From: Candidatus Hermodarchaeota archaeon
GTDB taxonomy: Archaea > Asgardarchaeota > Lokiarchaeia > Sigyniarchaeales > SOKP01
Length of the DNA: 39,717 bases
Assembly: GCA_048885525.1 (NCBI GenBank)
Contig: JBHLLP010000024.1
Location: 1 to 39,717, forward strand
Direction of reading: 5' to 3'
Shown here: positions 17,661-30,411 of the stretch, piece by piece
Numbering within the stretch: the stretch's first letter is position 1
How the letters are laid out: every line of letters begins with the position of its first letter
Translations under genes and position numbers: made by a program
The notes under the pieces: generated by a model
Database searches by the model: none
Seen by the model: the letters and a program-made list of their open reading frames with translations, nothing else
Told to the model about the DNA's origin: nothing

Positions 17661-19130
17661 ATGAAATATTCAGCAGATAAAGAGTCTATCAGTAAACATG
17701 AAGTCCCAAAGTGGTTTAATGATGCAAAATTTGGGATCTTTATTCATTGGGGACTTTATTCAGTTCCAGCATTCGCTGTTACTGGAAGAACTTTTATTGA
17801 ATCTATAAATCAATTAGATCATTTCGTTAAGAATCCTTATGCTGAATGGTATTTGAATTCTCTTCGAATTGATGGAAGTCCTACCCAGAAATATCATCAA
17901 GAAACATTTGGAGATAATTTCTCATACGATGATTTCATTCCTATTTTTAATGAAAAGATCCAAAAATGGAATCCGGAAGAAATAGCGAAGATTTTCAAAA
18001 AAGCTGGAGCAAAATATGTAATCCTTGTTACGAAACATCATGATGGATTTCTTCTGTGGCCAAGTAAATATACAAACCCTAAGAAAGGAAAATATTGTGC
18101 TAGTAGAGATATCGTAGGGGAGCTAACCAAAGCTGTTAAAAATGAAGGTATGAAAATTGGATTCTATTATTCTGGTGTATTGGATTGGTCGATTAACCAA
18201 AATCCAATAATAAGTGAAGCAAGTTCACTATTAAACCAGATTATGCCATCAGAATATGTTGAATACGCTAATAATCATTGGTATGAATTGATAAAAAAAT
18301 TTGAGCCAAAAATTTTATGGAATGATATTGGTTATCCCTGGGGTACGAATATCTATAAAATTTTTGCATATTTTTACAATAAAATTCCTGATGGTGTAAT
18401 CAACGATCGTTGGATGCAAATGAATAAAGATACGATAGAGTCCCTTCAATCTCTTCCTGAAAGTCTTATCAGACGTGCAGATAAATCAATTTTAAAATGG
18501 GAAGAAAGAGCCTACAAAAAGACCACAAAAAGAAAGATTCATAGTAAAGAAATAATTCATTCCGACTTTTTAACGCCAGAATATATAACCTTTAATTCAA
18601 TTCTCAAAAAAAAATGGGAAACATGCAGAGGAATTGGAAATTCATTTGGATATAACAAATTCGAATCTGAAGAGGATTACTTAACTTCTGAAGAATTAAT
18701 TAAATTGCTTATTGATATTGTTAGTAAAAATGGCAATCTTTTATTAAATGTAGGTCCTATGGCAGATGGGACAATCCCAAAGATTCAAAAAAAGCGTTTA
18801 TTAGAGATTGGTAGTTGGTTAGAAATAAATGGGGAGGCAATATTTGGTACAAATCCTTGGTTAATCGCAGAAGGAAAAACCGTAGATAATATAGATATAC
18901 GTTATACTATGAAAGGAAACATATTATTTGCTATATTGCTGGATAAACCTAAAAAATCTTCAATCATAATTGATGAATTAAATAATTTCAAAATTTCACA
19001 AATTAATATGCTTGGGTTTAATAAAGATATATTATGGAAATATGAAGCAAATCAATTGCATATCTCTATTCCAGAAAATCTATGGGATTCTCCAGCTTAT
19101 TCTTTTAAGATAATGCTATTCAAAAAATAA
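17661..19130 (+). CDS. Alpha-L-fucosidase (GH29)
   Basis: WFNDAKFGIFIHWGLYSVPA, YAEWY, TKHHDGF, LWND, WETCRGI, GNLLLNVGP, NGEAIFGT; no signal peptide. Confidence 0.95.
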   Translation: MKYSADKESISKHEVPKWFNDAKFGIFIHWGLYSVPAFAVTGRTFIESINQLDHFVKNPYAEWYLNSLRIDGSPTQKYHQETFGDNFSYDDFIPIFNEKIQKWNPEEIAKIFKKAGAKYVILVTKHHDGFLLWPSKYTNPKKGKYCASRDIVGELTKAVKNEGMKIGFYYSGVLDWSINQNPIISEASSLLNQIMPSEYVEYANNHWYELIKKFEPKILWNDIGYPWGTNIYKIFAYFYNKIPDGVINDRWMQMNKDTIESLQSLPESLIRRADKSILKWEERAYKKTTKRKIHSKEIIHSDFLTPEYITFNSILKKKWETCRGIGNSFGYNKFESEEDYLTSEELIKLLIDIVSKNGNLLLNVGPMADGTIPKIQKKRLLEIGSWLEINGEAIFGTNPWLIAEGKTVDNIDIRYTMKGNILFAILLDKPKKSSIIIDELNNFKISQINMLGFNKDILWKYEANQLHISIPENLWDSPAYSFKIMLFKK

Positions 19131-19179
19131 TACAAATCTTTTTAATTTTTTCTGGACTTTCTATTAAAAATCGAAATAA

Positions 19180-22362
<3,183 letters not shown>

Positions 22363-22441
22363 CTTTAATATAACAATGTTATTAAATTAAAATAAACTTA
22401 GATTAATATTTAATAAGTAATTTATAGTCTATTGTGATTAA

Positions 22442-23257
22442 ATGGCTCGTCCTTTATGGTTTGTAAAATTACTTAAAAAAACATTTCCAAATGTTAAATT
22501 GATTGCCAAATTGACAAATTTACCTGTCTTAGGCACCCTTTTTGATCATTTGCTTTTTAAGGGGGATGATATTATATACCTTCCTCAAGATAAAGTCATA
22601 GATATAAACAAACCAATGGGAGAATATCAAGAATATGTTTTACCATCCCAGGTATTGGAATATTTTATAAATAAAGCAAAAAACCACTGGATTATGAATT
22701 TTTGCATATGTAGATCGAGTATGAATTGTCAAGACTATCCGATTGATTTAGGATGTCTTTTTCTTGGAGATGCTGTTTTGGATATTAATTCACAACTAGG
22801 GAAATTAGTAAGTAAAAAAGAAGCATTAGAGCATCTAAAGAAATGCAGAGAAGCTGGTTTAATACAAATGATTGGTAGAAATAAATTAGATGCGCAATGG
22901 TTAGGTGTTAAAGAAGGAGAAAAACTTTTGAGTATATGTAATTGCGATCCATGTTGTTGTCTTTGGCGTGTATCTTCCATTATATCTCCTAAGATTGGCT
23001 CTAAAATAAAAAAAATGCGAGGAGTAAAAATTCAAATTTCTGATAAATGTATTGGATGCAGAACATGTACTAAAGGAATATGTTTCGTTAATGCTATAAA
23101 AATAATAGATAATCACGCTGTTATCAATAATGATTGTAGAGGATGTGGTCGCTGCGTTGAGGTTTGCCCTCAAAAAGCAATAGATATAATAATAACTGAT
23201 TTCAATTATGTGAAAAAATCAATAGAAGAAATAGATAATATTATTGATATTGCCTAG
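22442..23257 (+). CDS. Cys-rich 4Fe-4S ferredoxin-domain protein
   Basis: CICR..C, LGC, CNCDPCCC, CIGCRTC...C and CRGCGRCVEVCP. Confidence 0.85.
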   Translation: MARPLWFVKLLKKTFPNVKLIAKLTNLPVLGTLFDHLLFKGDDIIYLPQDKVIDINKPMGEYQEYVLPSQVLEYFINKAKNHWIMNFCICRSSMNCQDYPIDLGCLFLGDAVLDINSQLGKLVSKKEALEHLKKCREAGLIQMIGRNKLDAQWLGVKEGEKLLSICNCDPCCCLWRVSSIISPKIGSKIKKMRGVKIQISDKCIGCRTCTKGICFVNAIKIIDNHAVINNDCRGCGRCVEVCPQKAIDIIITDFNYVKKSIEEIDNIIDIA

Positions 23258-23259
23258 AT

Positions 23260-24708
23260 TTAAGATTTTTGCTCCCAAAATTTATTACCATGTTTAATAT
23301 TTCTAATTCTTGTTCTTTCTTTAAGTGCAGACACTGCTTGAACTGCTTCTTTGATTGAATGAAAAACAGGTATATTTGCTAGTTCTAATGAGTCAATTAT
23401 TAAAGAATATTTAGGAATATAAGGAATAAAACAAACTAATGGTTTTTTTTTTGTTAATACAACATTAGCAATTCTTCTTCCTATTTGAAAAGAAATATTT
23501 GGTGGGTATGGAAGTATTAATAAAATAATACATTCAATTCTTTCAATATCAGATAAAAATCTAACAACATTTTCAATATCAGTATCTAAAACTGACCCTG
23601 TTAAATCAATTGGATTATTAAATGAAGCAATTTCCCTAGCAACAGGGCTAGTTAAGGATTTTAATTCTTCTTTCTCCTTTTCAGTTAATTGTAAAGCATT
23701 CAAACCATATTTTCTTAACATATCACTTGCTATAACAGCGTGTCCTCCAGATCCAGAAACTATTACAACATTTCCAAATGTCACTACATTTTTACCAAAC
23801 GGATTTCTGCGTTGTGACAATACATCGTAAACTTTGAGACATGTTAATAATTCTCTCTCAGAATGAGGCTGAATAACATAATTTTGTCTCAAGGCATTAT
23901 AAATGACATTATAATTACCAGCTAGACTTGCTGTATGAGATTTAGTCGCAATTTTTCCTTCCTTTGTCTTTCCTCCGTAAAATACTATAACAGTATCTTC
24001 TGATTCTTTTGCAAATTGTGCAAATTTTTTTGCTTTACCCTCTTTAAAACCTTCTAAATAAAATGCAATGTTAGAAGTTTCTTTATCTACTTTGCTAAAG
24101 TATTCTAATAACATCGATTCATCTACGACTGCACGATTACCTATAGAAACTGCAGTAGAGACACCTATGTTTCTTTCCGCAAATTTCACAAAGAATTGAT
24201 CAACTAAAAATCCTCCACTTTGACTTATTAGAGCTACAGAACCTTTTGGTGGTCTTGTGATACGCTCTGTAGGTAGAAATATTGTATCAACAATAGGAGG
24301 TGCGTATACACCAAGGCAATTAGGACCTAATACAGCAATATCATTATCAAACGCTATTTTTTCTAATTTTTTTTGACGCGATATGCCTTCACCACCTACT
24401 TCTGCAAATCCCCCTCCAATTATTACACTTGCTGGGATACCTAAATCAGCACACTCTTGGATGTATCCTAATGTATCATCTGGACCTACAGCAATAACTA
24501 AAAGATCAGGAATCTCTGGAAGTTTGTCTAATCGCTCATATAGATCTACTCCCTCCACTTCACCTCCATTAGGATAGATTCCATACACTTTAACATTCAT
24601 TTCAAATTCATTTTTTAGTAAAACTATTCTTCCAGGGCTTAAGGGATTCTTTTTACTAATACCAACAACACATATCGATTTTGGCTTAAAAAGCTTTTCT
24701 AAATCCAT
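23260..24708 (-). CDS. Acyl-CoA synthetase (NDP-forming) alpha-type subunit
   Basis: LFKPKSICVVG, GGFAEVG, LGPNCLG, ISQSGG, SHTASLAG (phospho-His), NPIDLTG. Confidence 0.9.
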   Translation of the reverse strand: MDLEKLFKPKSICVVGISKKNPLSPGRIVLLKNEFEMNVKVYGIYPNGGEVEGVDLYERLDKLPEIPDLLVIAVGPDDTLGYIQECADLGIPASVIIGGGFAEVGGEGISRQKKLEKIAFDNDIAVLGPNCLGVYAPPIVDTIFLPTERITRPPKGSVALISQSGGFLVDQFFVKFAERNIGVSTAVSIGNRAVVDESMLLEYFSKVDKETSNIAFYLEGFKEGKAKKFAQFAKESEDTVIVFYGGKTKEGKIATKSHTASLAGNYNVIYNALRQNYVIQPHSERELLTCLKVYDVLSQRRNPFGKNVVTFGNVVIVSGSGGHAVIASDMLRKYGLNALQLTEKEKEELKSLTSPVAREIASFNNPIDLTGSVLDTDIENVVRFLSDIERIECIILLILPYPPNISFQIGRRIANVVLTKKKPLVCFIPYIPKYSLIIDSLELANIPVFHSIKEAVQAVSALKERTRIRNIKHGNKFWEQKS

Positions 24709-24874
24709 TTTAGGCAAAATATTATGAAAGTTTGTATTAAAGTATCTTCTTTAAAGAATTAAATAATATTTACTTTACTTTAAGGTTCTTCTAAATAAAA
24801 TCTTTATTAGGAAAGAAAGAGAAATATAATCATTTCAAGAAATTTTAAAATTTTAATATGAATGAGAAAAAAAA

Positions 24875-26296
24875 ATGAATGAAAAAAAAATAAAAGATGA
24901 GAGTTATTCAATTAAAAAAGCTGCTAGTTATGCTACTGCACAAATTGCTGATCAAGCTGCCTATCAAACCTTTACATTTCTAGTTTTTACATTTTATTTC
25001 GCAGTGGTCCAAATCAATATTACACTTATTACTATTGGATTTATAATATGGGCAGTTTGGAACGCCTTCAATGATCCTATGTTAGGTTATTTATCAGATA
25101 GAACTCATACTAGGTTTGGTCGTCGTATGCCCTATATTATGATTGCTATAATACCTTTAGGAGTTGTTTTATTTTTGTTATTCACGCCTCCATTACCAAT
25201 TGGTATAGAAAATCAATTCGGAAATTTCTTTTATTTCATGCTTATAATAATACTCTTTGAACTTTTCTATAGTATGTTTAGCCTTAATGCTACTTCTTTA
25301 TTTCCTGAAACCTTTATTACTGAAGATGAAAGAACAAAAGCTAACAACGTTAGACAGGTTTTCCTTATTTTCGGCTTAATAGTGGCATTCATCTTACCCA
25401 GTTTATTTATAGCTAATTATGCTCCTATTGTTCCAGAAGAGAAGCTTATAGCTTTAGGTGAATATCAAATTTTTGGAATCGTCCTAGCTATAATAATCAT
25501 CATTATTGGAGGAATTTTTATCAAATTTACACCAAAAGAAAAAGCTGAATTCAAAGATGATTATAAGAAAGCACCGAGTTTTTTTAATTCTATTAAGCTG
25601 TGTATGAAAAGTAAATCTTTTAGATGGTTTATTCCAGCGGAGATTGCTAATTGGTTTGTGTATGGAATACTTCCAACATTAGTACCACTTTATGCAAAAG
25701 CAGTTTTAGGAATTGAGGATGCTTTTATGATATCAATTTTAATGGGATGCATGTTTCTGTCATCTGCTATTTTCATCACATTTGTTTGGAAACCAGTGGT
25801 ACGAAAAATAGGTAATAGAAAAAGTTGGTTGGTTTCAATGACAATATGGATCTTAACACTTTTGCCATTGATGTTTCTTGGTCCAAATATGGAAATAATC
25901 GCAATGATAGTATTCTTCTTTATTGGGCTTGGAATGTCAGGATCTTGGTACATAATAGATTTAGTTATGGCAGATTTTATTGATGAAGATGAAGTTACTA
26001 CAGGTATTCGTAGAGAGGCAGGATATTATGGTGTTAATTCATTCTTTCTTAGATTAGGCATCATCATTGTGTTTTTAAGTATTGGTCCAGTCTTTATCAT
26101 CGCTGATTGGGAAGTTTTCGGTACAATAACTCTTGAAGTACAACTGGGACTTCGAATTTTGATGTTTGCCTATCCCGCAGTCGCAATAGGAATCGCGATT
26201 TTATCAATTTATAAATATCCTTTACATGGTGAAAAATTGAAACAAGTTAAAGAAGAAGTTCAAAAACTTCACGAACTAAAAAAATCTAATATTTAA
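24875..26296 (+). CDS. MFS transporter, glycoside-pentoside-hexuronide (GPH) family
   Basis: WNAFNDPMLGYLSDRTHTRFGRRMPY, DEDEVTTGIRREAGYYG; many hydrophobic segments. Confidence 0.92.
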   Translation: MNEKKIKDESYSIKKAASYATAQIADQAAYQTFTFLVFTFYFAVVQINITLITIGFIIWAVWNAFNDPMLGYLSDRTHTRFGRRMPYIMIAIIPLGVVLFLLFTPPLPIGIENQFGNFFYFMLIIILFELFYSMFSLNATSLFPETFITEDERTKANNVRQVFLIFGLIVAFILPSLFIANYAPIVPEEKLIALGEYQIFGIVLAIIIIIIGGIFIKFTPKEKAEFKDDYKKAPSFFNSIKLCMKSKSFRWFIPAEIANWFVYGILPTLVPLYAKAVLGIEDAFMISILMGCMFLSSAIFITFVWKPVVRKIGNRKSWLVSMTIWILTLLPLMFLGPNMEIIAMIVFFFIGLGMSGSWYIIDLVMADFIDEDEVTTGIRREAGYYGVNSFFLRLGIIIVFLSIGPVFIIADWEVFGTITLEVQLGLRILMFAYPAVAIGIAILSIYKYPLHGEKLKQVKEEVQKLHELKKSNI

Positions 26297-26301
26297 AATA
26301 T

Positions 26302-27615
26302 TTATTCTTTTTTTATTTTTTTCAAGTCTATTATACCTTGACGAATTCTTTTAAGAATTTCTTCAATTTCTTCTTTCTTTACAATCAAGGGTGGCATAAT
26401 AATATGAGTATCTTTTTTGTTACCACAGTAATTGAGTAAAACACCTTCTTTAATTATGGAAAGCATCCCTAACTGGCTATTCTCTTCATTGTGAAATTCT
26501 AAACCCCACATTAGTCCTCTACCTCTTGCCTCTTTAATAAGATCTGAATGATCTTCTACAATCTCCTCTAATCCTTTGCCAAATAATTTACCCATTTCTT
26601 TAACATGATTAAGAAATTTTGGGTTAGATTGTATTTCTAACATCTCGAAAGCGATGGCACATCCAAGATCTGAACCTCCAGTTGTAGAAACATGGATAAA
26701 TGGATCATCTTTAAAAACAGCTTTTTCTATAAATGGTTTATAGCTACAAGTTGATAGAGGATAAACACCAGAGCTCATTCCTTTTCCACAAACTATAAAA
26801 TCTGGCACTACTTTTTCATTAGAATATAATCCTCCATAAATTGCCCAGAAAACACCTGTTCGTCCCAATCCTGCTTGAACTTCGTCATTTATCAACATTA
26901 CACCGTGATCATCACAAATTTCTCGAACTTCTGGATAATAACCTTCTGGAGCAATCAATACACCACCACTTGCAGGAATTGTTTCTAAGATCACACATGC
27001 AATATCATCCGTTACTGCTTTTCGCATAGCATCTACATCCCCATAAGGAATTTGTTTAAATTCAGGAAAATTCCAAAGAAAAGGATCTTTAAAATTGGGA
27101 TCCCCTGTTAATAACGCAAAGCCTGTGTGACCATGATATCCTCCAATAGCTGATATGCACCCCTTTCTTTTAGTATAAGCTCTTGAAAATTTAATAGCTG
27201 TATCAATTGATTCACCACCACCTACACCAAAAGTTGTTTTACTAATATCTCCAGGCATCAATTCTGCTAGCTTTTTTCCTAACAAAGCTCTCCATTCTGA
27301 CAAAATAAGATGGTCACCTAAGTCTAATCCTCCATCTAAAGCATCTTTAAGTCTTTGGATGATCCTTGGATTTCTGTGTCCTAGATTAAATACACCCCCA
27401 GAAGAACGACAATTATATAGTTCTAATGGTGGTGTTCCTGGGTTTAAACCCTCTAATGTTATCATACGGATCCCATCTCTTTCCCCAGGAATGATTCCTA
27501 ATCCAAATCCTTTAAACATCCGAACTTTGGGACCATTTACATGTTTTGAATATAATTTAAGTAGTTCCTTTTGAGACAAAGTTCCAACATATTTTTGCTT
27601 AGGATTCTCATTCAT
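26302..27615 (-). CDS. Class III PLP aminotransferase
   Basis: FNLGH, GGESID, YHGHT, DEVQAGLGRTG, CGKG, RGRGLMWG. Confidence 0.92.
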   Translation of the reverse strand: MNENPKQKYVGTLSQKELLKLYSKHVNGPKVRMFKGFGLGIIPGERDGIRMITLEGLNPGTPPLELYNCRSSGGVFNLGHRNPRIIQRLKDALDGGLDLGDHLILSEWRALLGKKLAELMPGDISKTTFGVGGGESIDTAIKFSRAYTKRKGCISAIGGYHGHTGFALLTGDPNFKDPFLWNFPEFKQIPYGDVDAMRKAVTDDIACVILETIPASGGVLIAPEGYYPEVREICDDHGVMLINDEVQAGLGRTGVFWAIYGGLYSNEKVVPDFIVCGKGMSSGVYPLSTCSYKPFIEKAVFKDDPFIHVSTTGGSDLGCAIAFEMLEIQSNPKFLNHVKEMGKLFGKGLEEIVEDHSDLIKEARGRGLMWGLEFHNEENSQLGMLSIIKEGVLLNYCGNKKDTHIIMPPLIVKKEEIEEILKRIRQGIIDLKKIKKE

Positions 27616-27749
27616 AATGTTAAATAAAAGTTCTTTAATATTTTAAAATTTTGATAGAAAATAACTTAATTGAAATTAGTAATAGATAAAAAATTCAAAT
27701 TAAATTAGAAAATCACTAGAAAAGAAAAAAGAGAAATTAAAAAAATCAA

Positions 27750-28598
27750 TTAGAATTCATAGCCACACTTTTTACAAACATGCTTTTTAGCATACATAGG
27801 GATGTGTCCAACATATGAGAGCACTTTGGTCTTATCCTCCGTGACCTTGATATTTGACCCTACAGCGCCGCACATTGGGCATGTAATTCGCTCATCACTT
27901 GCAAAACCTCCCGTACCTATTTCTGGAGGTTTTAGTTCATCGAGTTCAGATTCAACTTCAGAAAGGTGTGCTGTTGTAGATTCTAGTACTTTTTCTTTTT
28001 CAGCTATTTGGTCTGTTAATTCTTGTACTTGAGTATCTCTTTGTAGAAGATTATTATTCAATTCACTTAATTGAGAGTTTAACTGAGTAATTTCACCTTG
28101 AAGGGATGAGACTTTTGAAGTTAATTCTTCAACTTTAGAAGATAAATTGCTTATCTCTTCTTCTTTTGCTGATATTGTACTATGAGCATCATTCAATTCT
28201 GATTCTAAGGTTGAAGAATTTTCTTTAAAAGGTTCTAAATTCGTTATGTTTTCTTCTAATTCAGAGATTTTTGCATCTTTTAAATCTAGGCTATTTTCAA
28301 GATCATTGGTTTTAGTCTTAAACTCTGCTAATTCTGTTTTAAGGTCATTATTTTCAGTATTTAAATTTTTAATTACTTCTTGATCATCTGCTTTTGTCTT
28401 TTCAAGTTCACTTTCAGTTTGATCAAGTTTAGTTTGAGTTTCATCAAGTTTGCTCATTGAATCAGCAAGTTCATTTTTAGTATCACTTAATTGTTTTTCT
28501 AAGTCATTAACTTTAGCTCTAAGATCAAGCAAGAATTTCCCTTCAACCGCCTGTTTCTTATCGGGTTTTTCTTCTGCTTTTGCCCAGTCGATACTAAT
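27750..28598 (-). CDS. Long coiled-coil protein with C-terminal Zn ribbon (probable ATT start, 282 aa)
   Basis: Heptad-rich body, CPMCG...CKKCGYEF. Frame extends 22 codons above the track TTG to ATT at 28598, 6 nt after AAGGTGA. Confidence 0.8.
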   Translation of the reverse strand: MSIDWAKAEEKPDKKQAVEGKFLLDLRAKVNDLEKQLSDTKNELADSMSKLDETQTKLDQTESELEKTKADDQEVIKNLNTENNDLKTELAEFKTKTNDLENSLDLKDAKISELEENITNLEPFKENSSTLESELNDAHSTISAKEEEISNLSSKVEELTSKVSSLQGEITQLNSQLSELNNNLLQRDTQVQELTDQIAEKEKVLESTTAHLSEVESELDELKPPEIGTGGFASDERITCPMCGAVGSNIKVTEDKTKVLSYVGHIPMYAKKHVCKKCGYEF

Positions 28599-28803
28599 TA
28601 TTATTCACCTTATTCAAATATTATTATAATTTTGAATTGATTTTATGAATTTAATTTTTTAATAATATATAAATCATAGTGTATTAAGTTATTAATTATT
28701 TTTACTTTTAGAATTCAAAGTACCAAATTGAATATTATGATTTAATTATTTTCAAAATTATAATATAATATAAAGAAATCATAATTAAAATTTGATTAAT
28801 TTA

Positions 28804-29670
28804 ATGGAAAGTACAGAAGATTCACAGAGTGGAGTTGAATATATATCTACTTCAGGAGTATATAAAACACCATTTACTTTAATTATCCTTTTGCAGTTGT
28901 TTGTAGGTTGTATAATTTTGATCCTAATTAATCTGTGGTTTTACAATGATCTCTATTTTCTTTTGACTAAAAAGACATTTTTACCATTTATTTTAATTGG
29001 TGAGTGGTGGGAATGGTTGTTGCTTCCATTAAATATATATGGTAATTTGCTTTTATTTGCGTTCTCGATTATCGTATTTTCAACTGTAATTTTTAAGATA
29101 TTAAACAGATTATATCCTCCAAAAGAAGGGGTATTTAAGAGGGGGAGTAAAGAATGGAAATACACTCATCGAAGATTTTGGACAGCCTATTTTCCGATTT
29201 GGTTAGCAAGAGCTTTACCATTACCTTGGTCAGATATTTTTGTCTATCGTTTTCTCGGTGTACATATAGGGAGAAATGTTGTTGCTTATGAAGGATATAT
29301 AGATCCAGAGTTAGTAGAGATTGGAGATTATACTATGACATCCCTTAATATTTGCATATTTTCACATTTAATATATCAAGATAAAATTTTAATTAAAAAG
29401 GTTAAGATAGGGAAGGCTTGTATTGTAGGCCCCCAAACCATCATTAACCCGGGAACCACACTTCAAGATGGAGCTATTTTAGGGGTTAATAGTTATACTG
29501 CATTAGATCAAGTATTAGAAGGAGATTTAATCCATGTAGGAACACCCGCAAGTATGATACTTCAAATTCAATCTATAGAAGAATCCCAAGAAAAAGCAAT
29601 ACGAGTAAAAGGGAAATCATTAGATGAGATCAATAACAGTGAAAAAAGTGAAAAGGGAGGGATTAATTAG
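28804..29670 (+). CDS. Membrane-anchored left-handed beta-helix (hexapeptide) acyltransferase-like protein
   Basis: Two hydrophobic helices, PKEGVF, RFLGVHIG, VEIGD, VKIGKACIVG...INPGT...GTPA. Confidence 0.8.
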   Translation: MESTEDSQSGVEYISTSGVYKTPFTLIILLQLFVGCIILILINLWFYNDLYFLLTKKTFLPFILIGEWWEWLLLPLNIYGNLLLFAFSIIVFSTVIFKILNRLYPPKEGVFKRGSKEWKYTHRRFWTAYFPIWLARALPLPWSDIFVYRFLGVHIGRNVVAYEGYIDPELVEIGDYTMTSLNICIFSHLIYQDKILIKKVKIGKACIVGPQTIINPGTTLQDGAILGVNSYTALDQVLEGDLIHVGTPASMILQIQSIEESQEKAIRVKGKSLDEINNSEKSEKGGIN

Positions 29671-29673
29671 GAG

Positions 29674-30411
29674 ATGTTTCAACCTGCAAGTTTAAAAGGA
29701 GATTCTCCAACTCCTATAGATGAAAGATTAAGGAATAATTTTCTTATATTATATTTGATTGTTATTATATTAAGTTTCATTCCATGTATAATATTTGAGT
29801 ATATGTATTTTGTGTTTTTCTGGAAAGAAGGATTTTATCTAATATTTTTCTTTCTAATACCATTGAATATTTTATTATTAATTTATATACTTCAATTTAG
29901 TGCCATATTAGTCTCAGTTTTATTTTTGAATTTAATAAAACTAGTTTTTCATCCAAAAGAAGGAATTTTTGATAGAGATATAAAAGATAAGAATTATTTT
30001 TATTGGAATTTAAGAAATATGATTAAAAAATGGCCGCTTTTTATTAGTGCATCAAATCCATTTCCTTGGTTTAAAAATCGTTTTACACTCCGATTTTTTG
30101 GCGTAAAAATTGGAAAAAACGGGATATGTGATAATAGTTGGATCTCTTCTGAATATGTATATATTGGTAATAATGTAATCATAGGAATGAATAGCACTTT
30201 ATTGAGTTTTGGAATTGAACAGAATAAATTTATTTTAAAGAAAATAATTATAGAAGATGATGTTTTGATTGGAGCTAAATGTGTATTGCTCCCAGGAACT
30301 CATATTAAACGAAATACAAAATTATCTGCTTATTCATATACAAAATTTAACGATGTATTAGAAGAAGATTCTATATATATTGGACATCCAGCAAAAATAA
30401 AAAAAAGTTAA
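29674..30411 (+). CDS. Membrane-anchored left-handed beta-helix acyltransferase-like protein (paralog of upstream gene)
   Basis: Two hydrophobic helices, PKEGIF, RFFGVKIG, VYIGNNVIIG, VLIGAKCVLLPGT...GHPAK. Confidence 0.8.
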   Translation: MFQPASLKGDSPTPIDERLRNNFLILYLIVIILSFIPCIIFEYMYFVFFWKEGFYLIFFFLIPLNILLLIYILQFSAILVSVLFLNLIKLVFHPKEGIFDRDIKDKNYFYWNLRNMIKKWPLFISASNPFPWFKNRFTLRFFGVKIGKNGICDNSWISSEYVYIGNNVIIGMNSTLLSFGIEQNKFILKKIIIEDDVLIGAKCVLLPGTHIKRNTKLSAYSYTKFNDVLEEDSIYIGHPAKIKKS

